A stretch of DNA of 32,000 bases. Source: Propionibacteriaceae bacterium (GTDB lineage Bacteria > Actinomycetota > Actinomycetes > Propionibacteriales > Propionibacteriaceae). The stretch spans positions 30,001-62,000 of the forward strand of contig JAIRQE010000013.1 of the NCBI GenBank assembly GCA_031256725.1, written 5' to 3'. The position numbers and the translations under genes were made by a program. The notes under the pieces are model-generated. The model did no database searches and was not told where the DNA came from. It was given only the letters and a program-made list of their open reading frames with translations. Positions 26,857 to 32,000 of this stretch are shown here, one piece after another; position 1 is the stretch's first letter, and every line of letters begins with the position of its first letter.

Positions 26857-27291
26857 ATGGACGGCGGCATGTTCCAACTCATTGCCATCTTTGTCATCAT
26901 GGGTCTAATCATGTACTTCTTTATGATTCGACCTGCTAAGAAGCAGCAGGCGAAACAACAAGAAATGATGAATGCCCTTGAGATTGGTTCACGGGTCATG
27001 CTGGGATCAGGCATCTATGGCACGATACGTCACTTGGGTGAGAAGCAGGCTGTCATCGAGGTTTCACCAGGAGTTGATCTGACAATCATGCGTGCTGCCA
27101 TTCGTACAGTCGTTTCGGCTGATGATGAGGAGTTTGAGTACTCCGACGAGGTCAATGAACTTGAGAATGAACCCATCACCTATGAGGTAGCCGAGTTCGA
27201 TCCGACCGAAGTTAGCGATGGATCTTCTACTTCCGTCGAGGTAAGTGATGAGCCTGCCTCCAAGGATGCCGACACAGAAGAAAAGAAATAG
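26857..27291 (+). CDS. yajC: Preprotein translocase subunit YajC with acidic C-terminal extension
   Basis: A single TM plus the YajC core (FFMIRPAKKQQAKQQEMMNALEIGSRVMLGSGIYGTIRHLGEKQAVIEV) lies directly upstream of secD. It carries a C-terminal tail rich in D/E/S. Confidence 0.85.
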   Translation: MDGGMFQLIAIFVIMGLIMYFFMIRPAKKQQAKQQEMMNALEIGSRVMLGSGIYGTIRHLGEKQAVIEVSPGVDLTIMRAAIRTVVSADDEEFEYSDEVNELENEPITYEVAEFDPTEVSDGSSTSVEVSDEPASKDADTEEKK

Positions 27292-27300
27292 GGGGCATCT

Positions 27301-28917
27301 GTGCCTACAACCACAACACGTCGCCGTCGCCCGGCGATGACCTTGGTGAGCTTCCTGGTGGTCGTCCTCATATTGGTCGCCATCATGGCCTTCTCACGTA
27401 CCTGGACTCCAAAGCTTGGCTTGGACTTGAGCGGTGGCACAACCATCACCCTGACTGCCATCAATGCCACAGGAACTGGAAGCGTTGATCAAGATAGTCT
27501 CCAGCAGGCTCGAACGATTATTGAGCAGCGTGTGAACTCTCTTGGGGTTGGTGAGGTTACTGTGACCACATCAGGTAATAACCAGATCATCGTCAGTGCT
27601 CCCAATGTTCAAGGGGACACGCTGATTGAGATGGTGGGACAGACCGCACAACTAGAGTTCCGTCGAGTCTATGCCGTGGAGCAGTCTTATGCAGTTGGTG
27701 AAGGGCAGGCGACAGAGTTGCCAACCGTGCCAACTTCTGTTGAGCAGCGCCCCTCCGAACCGCAATCAGAACTGCCTTTGGATCAGGTTGGACGAGAGGC
27801 CCTCATCGCTGAGCAACTTCTCTGGAAGCCCACCGACCAAGACGAACAGGATTTTGCTGACTTCGCGTGTGGTGACCAGATGCCTATGGTGTGGGATCAG
27901 CCCTACTTCGCATGTCCACGTGATTCTCAGACGTCAGGCTACTCCGTGAAGTACCTCCTCGGTCCGATGATGATCGAAGGCAGCTTGGTGGAAGACTCAG
28001 GAGCCGGCATCCCACAAAACCAGATGTCATGGATTGTCACCCTAGGATTCGATTCTTTGGGGACAGTGTTATTCCGGGAAGCCACAACTGCTCTGAGTTC
28101 GGCCGAGGAACCCCTCAACCAGTTCGCCATCGTTTTGGACGGGCGAGTGATCTCAGCTCCTACAGTCAATGACACTATTCCTGATGGCTCCGCTCAGATC
28201 TCTGGCTCCTTCAACCAGGAATCTGCCAATAATCTTGCCAACATCTTGAGGTACGGCGCATTACCCTTGAACTTTGACTCATCGGATGCTGAGACTATCT
28301 CCCCGACCTTGGGTGAGGATCAGCTCAAAGCGGGTTTGATTGCTGGCGCTATTGGTCTTCTCTTGGTGATCGTCTTCTGTCTGATCTACTATCGCGGCCT
28401 GACCGTGGTCGTGGTGGCCTCCTTACTGATGGCTGCTGGGGTGGTGTACACCCTCGTCTGCCTCCTTGGTGAGTCCATGAACTTCGCGCTCTCACTGCCT
28501 GGTCTTGCGGGTGTGATCGTCGCCATCGGTATTACCGCAGACTCCTTTGTTATTTTCTTTGAACGAGTACGAGATGAGGCACGTGAAGGCCGCAGCATTC
28601 GTACTGCGGTGGAGACTGGCTGGGAGAGGGCACGTCGTACGATCGTAGTCGCTGACGGTGTGTCCATCTTGTCGGCTGTCATCTTGTTCATTCTTTCGAT
28701 TGGTGCGATTAAGGGATTCGCCTTCACCCTGGGTCTAACGACCCTTGTTGACTTGGCGTTGATCTTCTTCTTCACCAAGCCACTGATGTCCCTACTCGTG
28801 AAGACCAAGTTCTTTGGTACAGGTCGGCGTTGGTCAGGCTTCGAGGCTGAGCACCTAGGAATCTCAGCCGCGCGACAACCTAGGCCCCGTGCCCTTGCTA
28901 CAGCAAAGGAGGGATGA
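27301..28917 (+). CDS. secD: Protein translocase subunit SecD
   Basis: GTG start preceded by GGGGG. An N-terminal TM is followed by a large extracytoplasmic domain (LDLSGGTTITL, QLEFRRV) and a C-terminal 5-TM bundle. Confidence 0.92.
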   Translation: MPTTTTRRRRPAMTLVSFLVVVLILVAIMAFSRTWTPKLGLDLSGGTTITLTAINATGTGSVDQDSLQQARTIIEQRVNSLGVGEVTVTTSGNNQIIVSAPNVQGDTLIEMVGQTAQLEFRRVYAVEQSYAVGEGQATELPTVPTSVEQRPSEPQSELPLDQVGREALIAEQLLWKPTDQDEQDFADFACGDQMPMVWDQPYFACPRDSQTSGYSVKYLLGPMMIEGSLVEDSGAGIPQNQMSWIVTLGFDSLGTVLFREATTALSSAEEPLNQFAIVLDGRVISAPTVNDTIPDGSAQISGSFNQESANNLANILRYGALPLNFDSSDAETISPTLGEDQLKAGLIAGAIGLLLVIVFCLIYYRGLTVVVVASLLMAAGVVYTLVCLLGESMNFALSLPGLAGVIVAIGITADSFVIFFERVRDEAREGRSIRTAVETGWERARRTIVVADGVSILSAVILFILSIGAIKGFAFTLGLTTLVDLALIFFFTKPLMSLLVKTKFFGTGRRWSGFEAEHLGISAARQPRPRALATAKEG

Positions 28918-28920
28918 TCC

Positions 28921-30069
28921 ATGTCTGATACAGATCTTCTCGAAGAAACCCAGGCCCCCAAGAAGGTGAGTTTTGCTCACAAACTATGGACTGGACAGAT
29001 TTCTTATGAGTTCGTACCAAAATGGCGCAGGTGGTATGCACTGTCTGCCATCCTGATCATCATCTCCATTGGTGCCATCGTCATTCGTGGGCTTGATCTT
29101 GGTATTGAGTTCCGCGGTGGTGCGAACTTCAAGGTTGAGGTTGCCCAGGTCACAGATTCCACAGTGGAACAATTCCGTGTTGCGGTCATGGAGTCTGGGG
29201 TTGCGAACCTTGATGCAACCATGGTAACCACCATTGGTACAAACAGGGTTTCAATCGAAACTCGTCCCATGACAGTCGAGGAGCAGGCTACCGTACGTGC
29301 TTCTATCGCAGAATCTGCGGGGGTTGACCCTGAAGCTGTTGATTCTCGACAGATCAGTGGATCCTGGGGTGGTCAGGTCACTAAACAAGCAGCCATTGCT
29401 CTGGTCGTATTCTTGGTCCTGGTCTCCCTACTCATGTCCTTCTATTTCCGGGACTGGAAGATGGCTGTTGCTGGTCTTGCTGGTCTCTTCCACGACATGA
29501 TCATTACCGTGGGTATCTATGCTCTCGTGGGCTTCACAGTCACACCTGCAACCCTGACTGGTATGTTAACCATTCTGGGTTACTCCCTCTATGACACTGT
29601 GGTTGTGTTCGACAAGGTACGCGAAAACACCGCCAATCTTGATGAATGCAAGATGACCTATGGTGAGGCGGCGAATAAGTCCGTCAACCAGGTCCTCGTA
29701 CGTTCAATCAACACTACGATCATTGGTGTTTTGCCAGTCGCGGCAATCCTCTTTGCAGGTGCCTTCATCTTGGGTTCAGGTCCACTGGAAGACATTGGTC
29801 TGTCCCTATTCGTAGGTATGATCGTTGCTGCATATTCCTCAATCTTCATTGCCACACCATTGTTGGTACAGTTGAAAATGGCAGAGCCTGCGATGAAAGA
29901 GCAGGCTGCAAAGGTCGAAAGGCGTCGCAAGAAGATCTCAAAGACAGAAGCTGCAAAGCCGGTTTCAACACCAACCTATTCTGTAGAGGTGACGACGACT
30001 GCGGATGCACAAGCTGCCTACGTACGTCAGCAGCCCACCAAGACTCCTCGTTCAAAGAGAGCGAAGTAG
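28921..30069 (+). CDS. secF: Protein translocase subunit SecF
   Basis: It follows secD by 3 nt and has the motifs GIEFRGG and YSLYDTVVVFDKVREN. The C-terminal tail is basic. Confidence 0.92.
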   Translation: MSDTDLLEETQAPKKVSFAHKLWTGQISYEFVPKWRRWYALSAILIIISIGAIVIRGLDLGIEFRGGANFKVEVAQVTDSTVEQFRVAVMESGVANLDATMVTTIGTNRVSIETRPMTVEEQATVRASIAESAGVDPEAVDSRQISGSWGGQVTKQAAIALVVFLVLVSLLMSFYFRDWKMAVAGLAGLFHDMIITVGIYALVGFTVTPATLTGMLTILGYSLYDTVVVFDKVRENTANLDECKMTYGEAANKSVNQVLVRSINTTIIGVLPVAAILFAGAFILGSGPLEDIGLSLFVGMIVAAYSSIFIATPLLVQLKMAEPAMKEQAAKVERRRKKISKTEAAKPVSTPTYSVEVTTTADAQAAYVRQQPTKTPRSKRAK

Positions 30070-30071
30070 TC

Positions 30072-30614
30072 GTGACACTCTCGCAGATCCGGGAAGAACT
30101 CATCGCCTCTCATATTGTCGATGTGCCTGACTTCCCTAAGCCGGGTGTGGTCTTCAAGGACATCACTCCCTTGTTGGCCCATCCCGAAGCCTATAGGGCA
30201 TGTGTTGAGGCACTCGTTGATATGGCTCCCGACGGTGTTGATGTTGTTGTGGGTATGGAAGCCCGTGGTTTCGTCTTTGCTGCTCCTGTAGCACTGAGCC
30301 TTGGAGTGGGTTTCGTTCCGGTACGCAAGCCAGGCAAACTTCCCAGGGATGTCTATTCCCACACCTTCGATCTTGAGTACGGGCAGGACACTTTGACAGT
30401 CCATCAGGATGCCATTCAACCAGGAGCTCGAGTCTTCGTGGTGGATGATGTCCTTGCCACTGGAGGTACGATCGGAGCCACTGCCCAGTTGATTCAATAC
30501 CTCGGTGCGGATCTGGTCAAAGTCGGAGTGGTCCTTGAACTCGGGTTTTTTGGGGGCCGTGCACATTTATCGTCATTAGGGATTGATCTGTTTTCCACCA
30601 TCCTCGCTGTCTAG
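30072..30614 (+). CDS. apt: Adenine phosphoribosyltransferase
   Basis: The PRPP-binding motif VFVVDDVLATGGT and DFPKPGVVFKDITPLL are present. The protein is 180 aa with a GTG start. Confidence 0.92.
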   Translation: MTLSQIREELIASHIVDVPDFPKPGVVFKDITPLLAHPEAYRACVEALVDMAPDGVDVVVGMEARGFVFAAPVALSLGVGFVPVRKPGKLPRDVYSHTFDLEYGQDTLTVHQDAIQPGARVFVVDDVLATGGTIGATAQLIQYLGADLVKVGVVLELGFFGGRAHLSSLGIDLFSTILAV

Positions 30615-30674
30615 GAAAATGCTCCTCGCAACCCAAGCCAGGAACGGCGGGTACAATGAATCTAGGGAGCATCA

Positions 30675-32000
30675 ATGACTATGGACCTCGCATCCACCGA
30701 AGTGGACACGACTAGCCGTTCGGACCCCATTGTCCGACCGGCTGATTATGGTGTGTACAACCAGGAGCTAGACGAGCTTTTTGCCGCTGTACGAGCTACC
30801 CACCCCGAGACTAATTTTGCTGTACTGTGCAAAGCATTCGAGATTGCTGAATTTCAGCATCGACCACAAACAAGAACCTCAGGGGAGCCCTACATCACCC
30901 ATCCCTTGGCTGTAGCTAAGATCGTCGCTGAACTGGGAATGAATGAACCCACTGTTGTAGCTGCAATCCTTCACGATACTGTGGAGGACACTGACTATAC
31001 CTTGGAAGAGATGACTCAAGACTTCTCCGAAGAAGTGGCCCAGATGGTCGATGCAGTCACTAAACTCGACAAATCATTGTATGGTGACCATGCTAAAGCC
31101 GAGACAATCCGTAAGATCATTGTCGCGATGTTCCATGACATTCGGGTTGTCGTCATCAAACTCGCTGATCGCCTTCACAATATGCGTACCATCGGCTCCC
31201 TTCGCCCTGACAAGCAGAACCGTGTAGCCAAGGAAACCCTCGACATCTATGCACCCCTGGCTCATCGCCTGGGGATGAACACGGTCAAATGGGAGTTGGA
31301 AGACCTTGCCTTTGCTGCACTTCAACCTAAGATCTACCACCAGATCGTTCATCAAGTCGCAGCAGAACAGCCCGCACGAGAAAAGATCCTTCAAGAGATC
31401 GTACCCGTGGCCCTCGAATCCCTCGAATCTAAAGGAATTAAAGCAAAGGTCTTTGGTCGACCCAAGCATTACTTCTCCATCTACCAGAAGATGGTGATCA
31501 GAGGCCGTGATTTCACCGACATCTATGACCTCCTGGGTCTCAGAGTGGTGGTTGAGTCTGAAAGTGACTGCTACCTTGCACTGGCTGCCATCCATAGCCT
31601 CTGGCAGCCTCTCCCAGGGCGTTTCAAGGACTATATCGTTAACCCGAAGTACTCCACCTATCAGTCCCTTCACACCACTGTTGTCGGCCCTCAAGGAAAA
31701 CCCGTTGAGTTCCAAATTCGTACCAAGGAAATGAACCGCAATGCAGAGTATGGCGTTGCAGCTCATTGGAAGTACAAAAAGAACCCAACAGCTGGAAAGA
31801 AAGGTACCGCCCGGCTCGATCCCATGGATCTTCTGTGGGTGAAAAGACTTAGCCAATGGCAGGCCGAAGAGGATGATCCTGCGGTTTTCTTGGACTACCT
31901 CACCACTGATCTTGCAGGTAAAGAAGTCATGGCTTTCTCGCCAAACTCCGACCTGTATTTCCTGCCCCAAGGTGCTACTCCTGTGGACTTTGCCTACACC
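30675..32000 (+). CDS. rel: Bifunctional (p)ppGpp synthetase/hydrolase Rel (N-terminal 442 codons; continues past the right edge)
   Basis: ATG 30675 is preceded by AGGGAG. The HD hydrolase motifs are SGEPYITHPLAVA and HDTVEDT; the synthetase motifs are GRPKHYFSIYQKM, YQSLHTTV and EFQIRT. The frame is open to the window end, so it is missing from the ORF track. The 298-aa track ORF on the opposite strand is its antisense shadow. Confidence 0.92.
   Translation, partial: MTMDLASTEVDTTSRSDPIVRPADYGVYNQELDELFAAVRATHPETNFAVLCKAFEIAEFQHRPQTRTSGEPYITHPLAVAKIVAELGMNEPTVVAAILHDTVEDTDYTLEEMTQDFSEEVAQMVDAVTKLDKSLYGDHAKAETIRKIIVAMFHDIRVVVIKLADRLHNMRTIGSLRPDKQNRVAKETLDIYAPLAHRLGMNTVKWELEDLAFAALQPKIYHQIVHQVAAEQPAREKILQEIVPVALESLESKGIKAKVFGRPKHYFSIYQKMVIRGRDFTDIYDLLGLRVVVESESDCYLALAAIHSLWQPLPGRFKDYIVNPKYSTYQSLHTTVVGPQGKPVEFQIRTKEMNRNAEYGVAAHWKYKKNPTAGKKGTARLDPMDLLWVKRLSQWQAEEDDPAVFLDYLTTDLAGKEVMAFSPNSDLYFLPQGATPVDFAYT

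Noticed and set aside
31074-31970. 298-aa ORF on the minus strand
   Set aside because: It lies entirely antisense to the strongly supported rel gene, which has HD and synthetase motifs in the plus frame. It has no recognisable motifs and is a typical shadow ORF.

Overview
This window looks like an actinobacterial chromosomal segment. Hand-sampled core lines are about 53% GC. The gene content and order suggest Actinomycetales, possibly an Actinomycetaceae-like genus, but that taxon call is inference only. Most of the window is conserved housekeeping: (1) an alpha-glucan/glycogen block with pgm, a thioredoxin-like/TPR gene, a LysE/ArgO exporter, and glgX-glgE-glgB; (2) gdhA; (3) ligA; (4) the mrp / DUF1003 / MgtE_N-CBS cluster; (5) a CitE-like lyase and an Xaa-Pro aminopeptidase; (6) a DUF164 zinc-ribbon gene; (7) ruvC-ruvA-ruvB-yajC-secD-secF-apt-rel. 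Two parts are accessory. First, the left ~3.1 kb is clearly lower in GC (hand-sampled lines 35-48%). It carries an adaptor-like protein / short ABC ATPase / FtsX-type permease operon, divergent from a two-gene operon for a 94-aa Sec-signal small protein and a lipoprotein, closed by a strong terminator. I regard this as the best candidate for an uncharacterised system, such as a Sec-dependent bacteriocin-like factor with immunity/export functions; this is a hypothesis, not a demonstrated function. Second, the 550-bp gap upstream of ruvC holds a decayed C-terminal remnant of an ISL3-family transposase, whose frame is broken by an exact 23-bp tandem duplication. Two more short tandem duplications lie in divergent promoter regions. 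I found no tRNA, rRNA or CRISPR array. Many track ORFs are antisense shadows of real genes, and several real genes have over-extended N-termini in the ORF track, which I trimmed using homolog-like N-termini and Shine-Dalgarno (SD) positions.
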